A stretch of DNA of 64,000 nt from Bacteroidota bacterium (GCA_005798825.1 SYIL01000035.1:12338-76337), one strand, 5' to 3'. Numbered from the stretch's first letter, positions 20,403 through 30,560 are shown. Numbers and translations are program-made. The notes: generated by a model from the letters alone, not told the origin.

Positions 20403-21227
20403 ATGTCAAACAACTTGTTAAAAGGAAAAAAAGGCATCATTTTCGGTGCGTTGAACGCGAACTCTATCGCTTGGAAAGTCGCTGAACTTTGCCATGCCGA
20501 AGGCGCCCAAATCGTATTAACCAATGCGCCGGTGGCCGCGAAAATCGGACAAACAGAAGCGTTGGCAAAGACCTTGAATGCCCCCTTGATTTATGCCGAT
20601 GTGACCAAAATGGAAGACCTGGAGAATTTGGTGGCCGGTGCTACCGAAGCTTTGGGAGGTTCTTTGGATTTCGTGCTTCACAGTGTGGGCATGAGTTTGA
20701 ACATTCGCAAGAAAAACCCTTACTCCGACTCTAACTACGAGTATATGCACCAAACCCTCGACATCAGCGCGATGTCGTTCCACCGTTTGATGCAAACCTT
20801 GATGAAAAAAGACGCCATGAACGAATGGGGTAGCATTGTAGCACTGAGTTACATCGCTGCGCAACGCACATTCCCTGATTATGGTGAAATGGCCGATGCC
20901 AAATCATTGTTGGAAAGCTTCGCCCGCTCTTTTGGATATCACTACGGCAAGAAAAAGCACGTTCGTGTAAATACCATCAGCCAAAGTCCAACCCCAACCA
21001 CCGCGGGTTCAGGCGTTGGCGGGTTCGATGCGTTTTTCAACTATGCCGATAAAATGAGTCCTTTGGGCAATGCCAGTGCAGCCGCTTGTGCTGAATATTG
21101 TGTGAGCTTATTCTCAGATTACACCCGCATGGTAACCATGCAAAACCTTTTCCACGACGGTGGTTTCAGCTTCACTGGAATCTCTAACGATTTGATGGAC
21201 GGTTTCCGCAACGCGGCCGCTGAATAA
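20403..21227 (+). CDS. fabI: Enoyl-ACP reductase FabI
   Basis: GKKGIIFGALNANSIAW, LSYIAA..YGEMADAKSLLE, RVNTISQSPT, MQNLFHDGG. Confidence 0.95.
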   Translation: MSNNLLKGKKGIIFGALNANSIAWKVAELCHAEGAQIVLTNAPVAAKIGQTEALAKTLNAPLIYADVTKMEDLENLVAGATEALGGSLDFVLHSVGMSLNIRKKNPYSDSNYEYMHQTLDISAMSFHRLMQTLMKKDAMNEWGSIVALSYIAAQRTFPDYGEMADAKSLLESFARSFGYHYGKKKHVRVNTISQSPTPTTAGSGVGGFDAFFNYADKMSPLGNASAAACAEYCVSLFSDYTRMVTMQNLFHDGGFSFTGISNDLMDGFRNAAAE

Positions 21228-21230
21228 TCG

Positions 21231-24200
21231 CTACTGGTAAATAACCACTTGGGCTGTCTGTAAACGACGACCATTTGCTAATAATGTCAACCAATACATT
21301 CCGGAAGGAAGGTAGGACACATCGATCGACATTTTATTGCCGTTGAAATAATCCCATTTTTGTTCGAAGTAGGTCGTTTTTCCTGTGATGTCCATCAAAA
21401 GGAAATTATTCCCTTCTTGACTAGAAAACCCCAGTTCCACATTCAACATACCAGTAATTACCGGGTTGGATTGAATATGGAAGTATGTCCTTTTAGGGCC
21501 ATCCGTCACAGAAGAAACCACGCCACCGAATTCGTGCGCTCCGATATCAAATTTGGTACCTGCGGGTATTGAGCTGCCCCAAAAATCGCGTACACCCACG
21601 GAAAGTCCCATTTCCTTGGATAAATCAAGCCCTGCATCTTTGGCTGGAGAACCCGAGACCAACTGAAATTGGTTTAATGTATTGTTGTCTTTGGGATACA
21701 ACAATGTGGCAGTATTAGCGGTACCCGTAAGTGCTGGATCAGATTCCAATCCCACGTTATTCCCGTTCAATTTTTCATTGCCCGAAGAACGAAACGCCGA
21801 CAAACTGCTGTAACTATTGCCATAGATTATTTTGAAAGTACCCCCTGAACTCCAATACAAATTTCCCATGAATACAGGATTTTGGGGCAAAAAGGTGGCA
21901 GGGACATGAACCAACGAAAGTGGGCCTGCACTGCCAGATCCCGATACTTGGAAAATATTGTTGTAACATTTCACCCCAGACATGTTGGTTCCATAATCCG
22001 TCATTTGAAATGCACCGAATGTCGTGTATTTATTCTTCGTTGAACCACTTACGTACACTGTATTATTGTAAAAATTCAGTCCATTCCAAGTCGTATTTGG
22101 GGCAGTAAAAAGTGTCACAGCGCTATTATTGGTGCGGGCATCGTTAATGCTAATATTGTATCGAACAGTATTGCTACCCCAAGCGCGGGCACCAGTAAAA
22201 TTGCCCAACAAATAGCCGGCACCGTCGTTATCATGAGAGTAACAGTATTGAACTACTGAATTCGTTACGCCACCATCCAAATCAAATCCCAACCCATCAC
22301 AGCCGGTGGATGACCCTGACGAATTGTGATGCGATTCACAATATTGAATGGTCACGTTGTCGGCCGACCATACCCAAATGCCGCCCGGTCCCCCGCAAGC
22401 TGAATTCAATGTACCCGTATTGTAAGCAACGCATCGCTCAATGACCGAATAATCAATTTGAGATAGTACGATGCCGCTGCCTTTGTGACTGCCAGCAGCA
22501 TAGCCTGTAATGTTGTATACTTCTGTGTTGCGAATTTGAAAATCGCTGTGATGATAAAAATTGGTCGTTTGGTCATCATACGCGAATGAAACGATGCCAT
22601 TTTCCCGACAATCGTGTACTGAACAACTATCCATTCGAACCCCTCGGTAACCGGCTTTTACCGACGGTGACCAACTTGAATAAAACCGTACTCCACAGTA
22701 ACCAAATCCGTAGACCTCCACGTTGGCTAGGGATATATTTGACAAATAGCCCGAGGATTTGTCTGTATAAAACAATATCCCATCAATGTCTTTTTGGGTA
22801 CCATTACCGGGTCCTTTGAATACCAAATTGCGTACATGAACACCTTGTAAATTGGTGGCTTTGAAACCGCATTTCGTGGTAACTGTGGTATTGATTGTGG
22901 CCCTACCCGATCCATAGGTTGAAAAGACCACTGGCTTGAGGGCAATATTTCCGTCCAAAGCATCCACTTCGATGTTTCCAGTGAATGTCTTTCCCCCTTC
23001 AAACAAAACCCGATCACCCGGCTGAAAAACCTGTGCATTGACTTTTGAAAGAGACGTCCACGCTGTGGCTAGTGTCAGTCCGTCAGTATTGTTCCCAGTG
23101 GTATTTACATAATAGGTTTTACCGGCACTTGGACTGGGAGAAGAGCCGTCATTGAACAATTCCAACAAACCTTGTGCATACCATCTTGCCAAGTAATCGT
23201 TGGGGTGTAGCGAATTCGCTGTACAGTGCTTAGCCCCCTTTCTTCGGTATACAGTATCGCTCATGGTGGTCATGTCCATTACTGCGATACCCGATGCCCC
23301 CAATGATTTTAGCTGCGAGAGAAATCCATACATCAAAACATCCCCGTTACTCGGTGAGCCTTGGGAATTGACATCTGGCAACATATTGCCGATGAGAATA
23401 AACTCTGCATTAGGACAGTCCTTTTTAATTTTATCAATGCAAGACTGCATACTGGCTTTAAACGATGCGTTCGACGTGCCCCAGATATCGTTCATGCCCA
23501 TATCCAAAATCACCAAATCTGGACTGTTGGGGTTCAGCATGCTCTTACAATATTGATCGATCCATGCCACGGTTTTTCCTCCACACGAACCATTAATCAT
23601 GGTGATGTTTCCACCAAATTTCGCCAACAACCCTTCGCCCAATAAATCTACATAACTGTGCATATAGGGTTTGGTTGGTTTAAAATTCTTATCATCTCCT
23701 GCAAATCCACTTACATTCAAACCCGCAGTAATACTCATTCCGTAGGCTTGAATCACCAAGGCTTGCTTGTTTTTCAATTTCGACATGGTCTTTGGTAACA
23801 AATCACCCTTGTAGCCAAAAATCGTCTTAGCACCCCAGTCACCGCGATCTGGAATGTACGTAACACATGTCCATGATGTGGGGTTGGTATTCGTCAAACC
23901 ATTCGATTGGCCGTTGCCTTTCACGCCCCCTTTGACAACATAAGTAGCTGACACTGCCGATGATTTTTGGGTGATTGTTCTACCACTCACTGCGTAATCC
24001 GTATTAACCGAGAATATTTTTGAAAAGTCATAGTTGGTGACTTTGACAATTTGTTTGGGTTTGAACATCAAATTGGCCGTGCTGTTGACGCCTGAAAGCA
24101 AAACCAACTCGTTAAAAATGGTATCCGAATTCCAAAAAGATTGCAAATATTCGCGCGTATTACTTGTAGGGGCATTGCTGCTGTAGTTGGGAAATTCATA

Positions 24201-24461
24201 ATACCCGCCACTGCTTGGAGTCACTACCACCCATGCCGCTTTTGCAGGGGTTGCAGACCATCCTGCTTCCGCTGCATCAACCGATAGAAGTAAATTGCTA
24301 TTTACATCGTAAAAATCACACTTTCCACCGGCATAATAAATAATATTTGGTTTGGCAGCCACGGCACCCGCAGGTGGCTGTGCAATGGCTGGAATTGAGA
24401 GCAGAAAGCCCATAAAAAATGCAGAAAAAAACCTTGATTGTTTGAATAATTTTTCCATCAT
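21231..24461 (-). CDS. T9SS-secreted SGNH/GDSL hydrolase fused to a right-handed parallel beta-helix domain
   Basis: Signal peptide; SGNH blocks YGMSIT, GMND, LHPND; beta-helix (YYVNTTGN..PGDRVLFEGG..DGLGFDLDGG..HDNDGAG..DIGAHE); CTD DITGK..LPSGMYWL. Confidence 0.8.
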   Translation of the reverse strand: MMEKLFKQSRFFSAFFMGFLLSIPAIAQPPAGAVAAKPNIIYYAGGKCDFYDVNSNLLLSVDAAEAGWSATPAKAAWVVVTPSSGGYYEFPNYSSNAPTSNTREYLQSFWNSDTIFNELVLLSGVNSTANLMFKPKQIVKVTNYDFSKIFSVNTDYAVSGRTITQKSSAVSATYVVKGGVKGNGQSNGLTNTNPTSWTCVTYIPDRGDWGAKTIFGYKGDLLPKTMSKLKNKQALVIQAYGMSITAGLNVSGFAGDDKNFKPTKPYMHSYVDLLGEGLLAKFGGNITMINGSCGGKTVAWIDQYCKSMLNPNSPDLVILDMGMNDIWGTSNASFKASMQSCIDKIKKDCPNAEFILIGNMLPDVNSQGSPSNGDVLMYGFLSQLKSLGASGIAVMDMTTMSDTVYRRKGAKHCTANSLHPNDYLARWYAQGLLELFNDGSSPSPSAGKTYYVNTTGNNTDGLTLATAWTSLSKVNAQVFQPGDRVLFEGGKTFTGNIEVDALDGNIALKPVVFSTYGSGRATINTTVTTKCGFKATNLQGVHVRNLVFKGPGNGTQKDIDGILFYTDKSSGYLSNISLANVEVYGFGYCGVRFYSSWSPSVKAGYRGVRMDSCSVHDCRENGIVSFAYDDQTTNFYHHSDFQIRNTEVYNITGYAAGSHKGSGIVLSQIDYSVIERCVAYNTGTLNSACGGPGGIWVWSADNVTIQYCESHHNSSGSSTGCDGLGFDLDGGVTNSVVQYCYSHDNDGAGYLLGNFTGARAWGSNTVRYNISINDARTNNSAVTLFTAPNTTWNGLNFYNNTVYVSGSTKNKYTTFGAFQMTDYGTNMSGVKCYNNIFQVSGSGSAGPLSLVHVPATFLPQNPVFMGNLYWSSGGTFKIIYGNSYSSLSAFRSSGNEKLNGNNVGLESDPALTGTANTATLLYPKDNNTLNQFQLVSGSPAKDAGLDLSKEMGLSVGVRDFWGSSIPAGTKFDIGAHEFGGVVSSVTDGPKRTYFHIQSNPVITGMLNVELGFSSQEGNNFLLMDITGKTTYFEQKWDYFNGNKMSIDVSYLPSGMYWLTLLANGRRLQTAQVVIYQ

Positions 24462-24557
24462 CCCACTAAAATTTAATTGCAAGGCAGACGCAAAAAGAAA
24501 CTTATTTGTTGCCTGACAGCTGTAGAATCCGATCGAACCCGTTTAACTATAAACGAC

Positions 24558-24609
24558 AGCAGCATTTGATTCACACGTAACGGCGCTGCAGAATAATACT
24601 CCTTATTCT
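24558..24609 (+). repeat. Imperfect direct repeat, copy B; includes the hairpin AGAATAA-N6-TTATTCT at the pdxH stop
   Basis: Matches 20276-20316; perfect 7-bp inverted repeat at 24590-24609. Confidence 0.5.
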
Positions 24610-25244
24610 TAAGGCGATAACCGGGTTTTTACCCATGCGCCTTCCACTTTTTGGTAGCGTGCTCGGTCGTGAACCCGGCCAGGCCTACCCTGCCAAAATT
24701 CCATGCCGTCTACCACGATTTCATAACCGCCCCAGTGTTGAGGACGTTCAATTTTGATGCTTTCGTCAGCCATCAATGCCGCCATCTGCGCATCCAATAA
24801 ACTGCGATCTTCAATCACTTGACTTTGATTTGAGACCACAGCTCCCGCCTGCGAAATTCTGGGACGACTGTAAAAATAAGCGTCGCTATGGGCTTCGCTG
24901 ATCTTTCTTACCCTGCCCTCTACCCTCACCTGTCGCTCCAACTCAGCCCAAAAAAACACAGCTGACACAAAGGGATTCTCCAACAGCTCCCGGCCTTTTC
25001 TACTCTTGTAATTCGTAAAAAAAACAATGCCTTCGGTCGTAATTTCTTTCAACAATACCACCCTTGATGAGGGTCTGTGCTCAGCGTTCACCGTACCCAA
25101 AATCATGGCATTGGGTTCCAATGCTTGGGAATCAATGGCCTGCTGAAACCATCCACGGAATTCTGTGAGAGGGTCATCGCCCATTTCTTTCGGCTCCAAT
25201 GCACCTTTCGTGTACTCTTTTCGGATGTCGGCGATGTTCTTCAT
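24609..25244 (-). CDS. pdxH: Pyridoxine/pyridoxamine 5'-phosphate oxidase
   Basis: IADIRKEY, PSSRVVLLK, FFTNYKSRKG, RQVRVEG, EFWQGRPGRVHDR, RLSP. Confidence 0.97.
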   Translation of the reverse strand: MKNIADIRKEYTKGALEPKEMGDDPLTEFRGWFQQAIDSQALEPNAMILGTVNAEHRPSSRVVLLKEITTEGIVFFTNYKSRKGRELLENPFVSAVFFWAELERQVRVEGRVRKISEAHSDAYFYSRPRISQAGAVVSNQSQVIEDRSLLDAQMAALMADESIKIERPQHWGGYEIVVDGMEFWQGRPGRVHDRARYQKVEGAWVKTRLSP

Positions 25245-25255
25245 GATTTTTGCAA

Positions 25256-26587
25256 TTAACGGCGCATGCCCGGCAAATTCGGCATCTTTGGCATTCTTCC
25301 GCCTGAGTTGTTCATCATCTTCATCATTTTGCGCATTTGCTCAAATTGCGCGAGTAATTTATTGATATCTTGAATAGATTTACCACTTCCACGAACAATA
25401 CGCTGTTTCCGACTGGCGTTCAAAATTTCGGGGAAAGCGCGCTCTTTTGGGGTCATGCTCTGAATAATTGATTCGATGCCTTTGAACGCATTGTCATCAA
25501 TGTCTAACTCTTTGATTTGGCTACCCATTCCAGGCAACATACCCAACAAATCTTTCACATTGCCCATTTTTTTAATTTGTTGTAATTGCGATAGAAAATC
25601 TTCAAAGTCAAACTTGTTTTTAGCGATTTTTTTTGACAACCGTTCTGATTCTTCTTCATCAAAAACTGCTTGAGCCCTTTCTACCAGGGAAACCACATCA
25701 CCCATGCCCAAAATTCGGCCGGCCATACGATCGGGATAGAAGACGTCCAACGCCTCCATCTTCTCGCCCATGCTCACAAACTTGATGGGCTTGTTCACCA
25801 CTGTTTTGATGCTCAACGCAGCACCACCCCGTGTATCACCATCCAACTTGGTCAAAACAACCCCCGTGAAATCCAACACATCGTTGAACGCCTTGGCTGT
25901 ATTTACCGCGTCCTGTCCGGTCATTGAATCCACCACAAATAAAATTTCGTGGGGCTTAAGCACTCGCTTTAATTGGGCAATCTCATCCATCATTTTCTGA
26001 TCTACAGACAAACGACCCGCCGTATCCACAATCAAGACATTGTGGTTATTTTTTTTGGCAAATGCCAGCGCATTTTCTGCAATATGCACTGGATTATTAT
26101 TTGCATCCTCACTAAATACGGATACCCCTACTTGCTGTCCCAATACCTTTAATTGCTCACGCGCTGCAGGTCGATAAACGTCAGCCGCTACGAACAAGGG
26201 ATTGCGTCCCAATCCCTTTAAATACATACCCAATTTGCCCGTAAACGTGGTTTTTCCTGAACCCTGTAAGCCAGCAACCAATATAACTGTGGGACTGGCA
26301 TGAAGTTGTAAATCACTTTTTTCACCTCCCAATAATTTCACCAATTCATCATTTACTATTTTGGTCAATAGCTGGCTGGGAGAAATGGATTTTATCACTT
26401 CCTGACCCTTGGCTTTTTCTAAAATAGTTTCGGTAAAATCTTTGGCAATTTTAAAATTAACATCGGCTGCAATCAATGCCCTTCTAATTTCCTTGACTGT
26501 ATCGGCAACGTTGATTTCATTGATTCTTCCCTGGCCCTTTAGTGTCTTAAAAGCCTTTTCCAAGCGGTTCTGTAGATTCTCAAACAT
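25256..26587 (-). CDS. ffh: Signal recognition particle protein
   Basis: MFENL, GLQGSGKTT, DTAGR, TKLDGDTRGGAALS, M domain (SMTPKER..SRKQRI). Confidence 0.98.
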   Translation of the reverse strand: MFENLQNRLEKAFKTLKGQGRINEINVADTVKEIRRALIAADVNFKIAKDFTETILEKAKGQEVIKSISPSQLLTKIVNDELVKLLGGEKSDLQLHASPTVILVAGLQGSGKTTFTGKLGMYLKGLGRNPLFVAADVYRPAAREQLKVLGQQVGVSVFSEDANNNPVHIAENALAFAKKNNHNVLIVDTAGRLSVDQKMMDEIAQLKRVLKPHEILFVVDSMTGQDAVNTAKAFNDVLDFTGVVLTKLDGDTRGGAALSIKTVVNKPIKFVSMGEKMEALDVFYPDRMAGRILGMGDVVSLVERAQAVFDEEESERLSKKIAKNKFDFEDFLSQLQQIKKMGNVKDLLGMLPGMGSQIKELDIDDNAFKGIESIIQSMTPKERAFPEILNASRKQRIVRGSGKSIQDINKLLAQFEQMRKMMKMMNNSGGRMPKMPNLPGMRR

Positions 26588-26653
26588 AGGTAGTACAAAT
26601 TTAGTAAAAGCGATTACTTTTTGGTTCACAAAATCTAATTACCTTTGACAGAC

Positions 26654-27382
26654 ATGAAAATTATACACCCTATTTTTGTCGTTTTCCTGCTATTAATGCT
26701 GGCTTCTTGCAGAAATAACAAAGACAAGTCCACTGAACGGGCCTATACCATGAGTTTGGCTGCTGGCGACTATCAAACAGCGACCCAGCTACTGACCTAC
26801 TGGGTAAATAATGACACCAGTATCCAATCATGGGCTTATGATAGTTTGGCTTATTTTCACTTTTTCCACAATGGAATGGTGGGTGGGCAAACGGTTCGCA
26901 ATACAAAAACACCCATGTACTATGTGGATCTTGGTCTGAATCTCAATCCGAAAAATACATTTTTACGCGAAATAAAATCAAAGTTGTATTTAGAACAGGG
27001 TAAAGACACTGCTTGTATGCTAATTTTTCAAGAACTGTGGAATGAAACCAAAGACCCGACATTTTGGTGGGATATGTGTTTTGTGGAAATGGCACGTGGA
27101 AATATCAATACTTGTGATTCGATGGTTACGATGGCACTGAAAGACACCACATTAAACCAGGGTAAAGTGCGAATGGAACATATTCAAGCCCATGTTCAAG
27201 AGCATGTGCGTGCAAAAGCAGCGTTTGTGTATTTACAAGCCCTTATGCTCAATGCAATAGGAGATGTCCTGAATTCGGCCAGCGCATTGCAGGAAGCACT
27301 GAGAATAGATCCCAATTTTTTCGCTGCCAAGCAAAGCATATTGGATTTACAGCGAATTGCTGCCCAAAAACAGGGTCGCTAA
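26654..27382 (+). CDS. Hypothetical helical/TPR-like lipoprotein
   Basis: Lipobox LASC; TPR-like segments (LGLNLNPKN; EALRIDPNF). Confidence 0.65.
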   Translation: MKIIHPIFVVFLLLMLASCRNNKDKSTERAYTMSLAAGDYQTATQLLTYWVNNDTSIQSWAYDSLAYFHFFHNGMVGGQTVRNTKTPMYYVDLGLNLNPKNTFLREIKSKLYLEQGKDTACMLIFQELWNETKDPTFWWDMCFVEMARGNINTCDSMVTMALKDTTLNQGKVRMEHIQAHVQEHVRAKAAFVYLQALMLNAIGDVLNSASALQEALRIDPNFFAAKQSILDLQRIAAQKQGR

Positions 27383-27558
27383 AGTATTTGAATATCGGTA
27401 AAAATCGTATGTAGCCTCTTAAACAATCAACAAATGCTTGGTTTTGTTTGCGTTGATTAAATACCAAAGGCGGATGTTGAATTTCGTAACCGTGTGTGGC
27501 CCTTTCCTCAGCATGCTGGTCATAATCCTAAACCATTTCGTTAGTCTGAAAATAGACT

Positions 27559-28029
27559 TTACTGCTCGAGTGTTTCTATCCGCTTCAGTTGAAATTCATC
27601 TTTAAGAACATGATAGGCCATCTCTGCGTAATACAATAACGCGTCGACAATATTGCCCAAATCTGTATGACGAAATCCATCACCAGGAACCCGGTAGATG
27701 AGAGCCACAACATTGTCTTTTGAATTGTAAGTAAACTTTCCATACAATAAATTAAGGTTGACTGTAAGCAATTCTTCTAAAAAGGCTTCTCGTTTTAAGC
27801 TAGGCGCATAACAAAATGGAATTGTAAGTTGAAAAGTGGATTTATCCGTTTCAAAAATAAAATAATTCCAAGGAGATTTTTGCTCTGCATTCCAGGCATC
27901 AATAAAAATGGATGTTTCATTCCGCATTAAGAACCACTGCCCTAATTCCTCTCCTTTTGCAGTTTGGGGGTCGACACCCAAGTCGTGAATCCCTTGCTCT
28001 ATATTGTTTACCAATTGCGTTAATTCCAT
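27559..28029 (-). CDS. YbjN/type III chaperone-like domain protein
   Basis: Small acidic protein; AFLEELLTVN..GKF pattern resembles the YbjN/CesT-like fold. Confidence 0.55.
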   Translation of the reverse strand: MELTQLVNNIEQGIHDLGVDPQTAKGEELGQWFLMRNETSIFIDAWNAEQKSPWNYFIFETDKSTFQLTIPFCYAPSLKREAFLEELLTVNLNLLYGKFTYNSKDNVVALIYRVPGDGFRHTDLGNIVDALLYYAEMAYHVLKDEFQLKRIETLEQ

Positions 28030-28130
28030 TGTGCAAAGTTCTGTAAATTCAGCCAAACCCCTTCTGAAAATAGGAATGAATTAAAATAAATTTAACCCCC
28101 CAGATAGGACATTGTTCTCACTGTGTTTTT

Positions 28131-29483
28131 CTACGATGGGTTACTGGGCTTGCTGAAGAGGTAAAATATAAATCCCAAAACGGCGGTCGATAAACCATAC
28201 ATGCTCTCTAAAGGTTTTTCTTGAATAAAAAAAACGGCAACTGCACCTGTTGTTACTATAAACACAATGGGGGTAATGGGATACCCCCATGCGCGATACC
28301 CTTGCGGTTTGCCTTGTTGAATTCGCAATACAATCATTCCTAAAACAGTAATCATCGTAAACAAACTCAAGGTAAATGCGATATAATATATTAATTGGGG
28401 GAAATTCATAACGAGTATCAATACCAAAGCAAGAATCATTTGAACAACAATGGCCCGGCGAGGATTTCCGTCCTCCTCCCGTTTGGAAAACACCGATAAT
28501 CGAGGAATTGACTCAAACATTTTAGCCAATACTCGGGAGCCTGTAAAAACCATAGAACTAATAGTAGAAACCAATAAAATACTAATAACGCCTCCCATTA
28601 TTTCACCAAATTTTATTCCAAACAAGGCCTTACCAGCAACCAATCCAACTTCTTTTATTCCTTCTAAATTTTCCAGATTGGTAGACATCATCAAAACCAT
28701 GTTAAGCAACACGTACAAAATAGTCACCATTAGGGTCCCAAAAATTATGCTGCGTGATAAATTTTTTTTTGGATTCTCAATAGAGCCTGCTATATAGCTG
28801 CTTGCATTCCACCCACTGTATGCAAAACTTACCCAAATTAAACTTGTGGCAAAAGCAGGGGTGATAACATAGAATATCGACCAAGAATTACCGGCACCTT
28901 CTTGAGAATTAATGGGTCTAAAAATCTCCGCCACAGCTTGCTCATTCGGGAGAAAATTCACATATTCGGTTGCCATGGCAAATCCCAAAACAATAAACAA
29001 GACAATCATTCCCACTTTAAGAACTGTTGAACCCTTTTGAAAATCAATTCCCAAACGGGCATTCCACCAATGTATACAGCTAATGATAACAATAACCCCA
29101 ATGCCCAGTATCATTTCATTAATCCAAGGCCAAACACCATGCATATATGCTCCCAAAGCAAGCGCAGCCCCTGCAATGGGTGCAGCAAATCCGACAGTTG
29201 AACTCACAAACCCAGCTACAAAACCCAATGCAGGATGAAATATTTTGGATAGAAAATAGTATTCGCCCCCATCTTCAGGCAAACGAGTAGCCAATTCTGC
29301 ATAACAAACCGCACCCGAAAAAGCCAAAATACCCCCGATAATCCAAACCATGGATATGCCAAAACCACTTTGAATTTCAACCAATTGAAAACCTAGACTG
29401 GTAAAAATACCTGTCCCAATCATATTTGCAACCACAATACTCATTGCCCCAAACAAATTGACATTTCTTCTGGTAGTATTCAT
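28131..29483 (-). CDS. APC-superfamily amino acid permease
   Basis: ANMIGTGIF, YAEL..P.DGGEY, FAYSGWN; ~12 TM segments; YRAWGYP. Confidence 0.93.
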   Translation of the reverse strand: MNTTRRNVNLFGAMSIVVANMIGTGIFTSLGFQLVEIQSGFGISMVWIIGGILAFSGAVCYAELATRLPEDGGEYYFLSKIFHPALGFVAGFVSSTVGFAAPIAGAALALGAYMHGVWPWINEMILGIGVIVIISCIHWWNARLGIDFQKGSTVLKVGMIVLFIVLGFAMATEYVNFLPNEQAVAEIFRPINSQEGAGNSWSIFYVITPAFATSLIWVSFAYSGWNASSYIAGSIENPKKNLSRSIIFGTLMVTILYVLLNMVLMMSTNLENLEGIKEVGLVAGKALFGIKFGEIMGGVISILLVSTISSMVFTGSRVLAKMFESIPRLSVFSKREEDGNPRRAIVVQMILALVLILVMNFPQLIYYIAFTLSLFTMITVLGMIVLRIQQGKPQGYRAWGYPITPIVFIVTTGAVAVFFIQEKPLESMYGLSTAVLGFIFYLFSKPSNPS

Positions 29484-29531
29484 TTTGACTGCAAAAAAAG
29501 GCAATTACGCGAATGTTGCTATTTTTGTTGC

Positions 29532-30560
29532 ATGCTTTCGCCGCAGAAATTTTTTACCGTTGACATTCACACCCATATAATTCCCGAAAATTTACCCCGT
29601 TGGAAGGAAAAATTTGGCTACGGAGAATTTATTCATCTCGAACACCATAAACCTTGTTGTGCCAAAATGATGGTGGATGATGCTTTCTTCCGCGAAATAG
29701 AAAGCAATTGCTGGGATCCACAACAAAGGCTCACAGAATGTGGACAAAACCACATTGATGTTCAGGTCTTAAGTACAATCCCAATCATGTTTAGCTATTG
29801 GGCTGAGCCAAAAGATGGATTGGAAATTGCCCAATTTCTGAATGACCATATTGCAGGTGTTTGTTCACGCTATCCCAAGCGATTTGTAGGATTGGGAACC
29901 TTACCCATGCAACACAGCGAATTGGCCATTAAAGAATTGCGCCGGTGTAAAGAAATTGGACTAAAAGGCATACAAATAGGTTCACATGTGAACCACCTCA
30001 ACCTCAATGACCCCTCTGCCTTTCCAATCTTTGAAGCGATGCAAGATTTAGACATGGCTTTATTTGTTCATCCCTGGTGGTATTCTGCAAATAAAAAAAT
30101 GCCAGATTATTGGTTGCCTTGGCTGGTTGGAATGCCAGCTGAAACTTCCTTGGCCATCTGTTCGATGATATTTGGTGGAATTTTTGAACGTTTGCCTCGA
30201 CTGAGGGCAGCCTTTGCCCATGGAGGTGGTTCATTTCCTTCCACCATAGGAAGAATTGAGCACGGCTGGTATGCTCGACCCGACTTGGTAGCAATCGATA
30301 ATCCCCATAATCCAAAAAAATATTTGGGACACTTCTGGCTGGACAGCCTGGTACATGACTCAAAAATGTTGCATTACCTTATTGATTTGATCGGCCCCAA
30401 TCGCATTGCCTTGGGATCGGACTATCCTTTTCCCCTGGGTGAAGACAATCCAGGCTCCTTGATTCGGAACTGCAATTTTACCCCTGAAATAACGAGCCAA
30501 TTATTGGGAACTTCAGCCTTGGAATGGCTTAATATGAATTTATCTGATTTTGGTCGTTGA
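29532..30560 (+). CDS. 2-amino-3-carboxymuconate-6-semialdehyde decarboxylase (ACMSD, amidohydrolase)
   Basis: DIHTH, VQVLSTIP, FVHPW, YWLPWLVGMPAET, AHGGGSFP..GRIEHG, GSDYPFPLGE. Confidence 0.9.
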   Translation: MLSPQKFFTVDIHTHIIPENLPRWKEKFGYGEFIHLEHHKPCCAKMMVDDAFFREIESNCWDPQQRLTECGQNHIDVQVLSTIPIMFSYWAEPKDGLEIAQFLNDHIAGVCSRYPKRFVGLGTLPMQHSELAIKELRRCKEIGLKGIQIGSHVNHLNLNDPSAFPIFEAMQDLDMALFVHPWWYSANKKMPDYWLPWLVGMPAETSLAICSMIFGGIFERLPRLRAAFAHGGGSFPSTIGRIEHGWYARPDLVAIDNPHNPKKYLGHFWLDSLVHDSKMLHYLIDLIGPNRIALGSDYPFPLGEDNPGSLIRNCNFTPEITSQLLGTSALEWLNMNLSDFGR

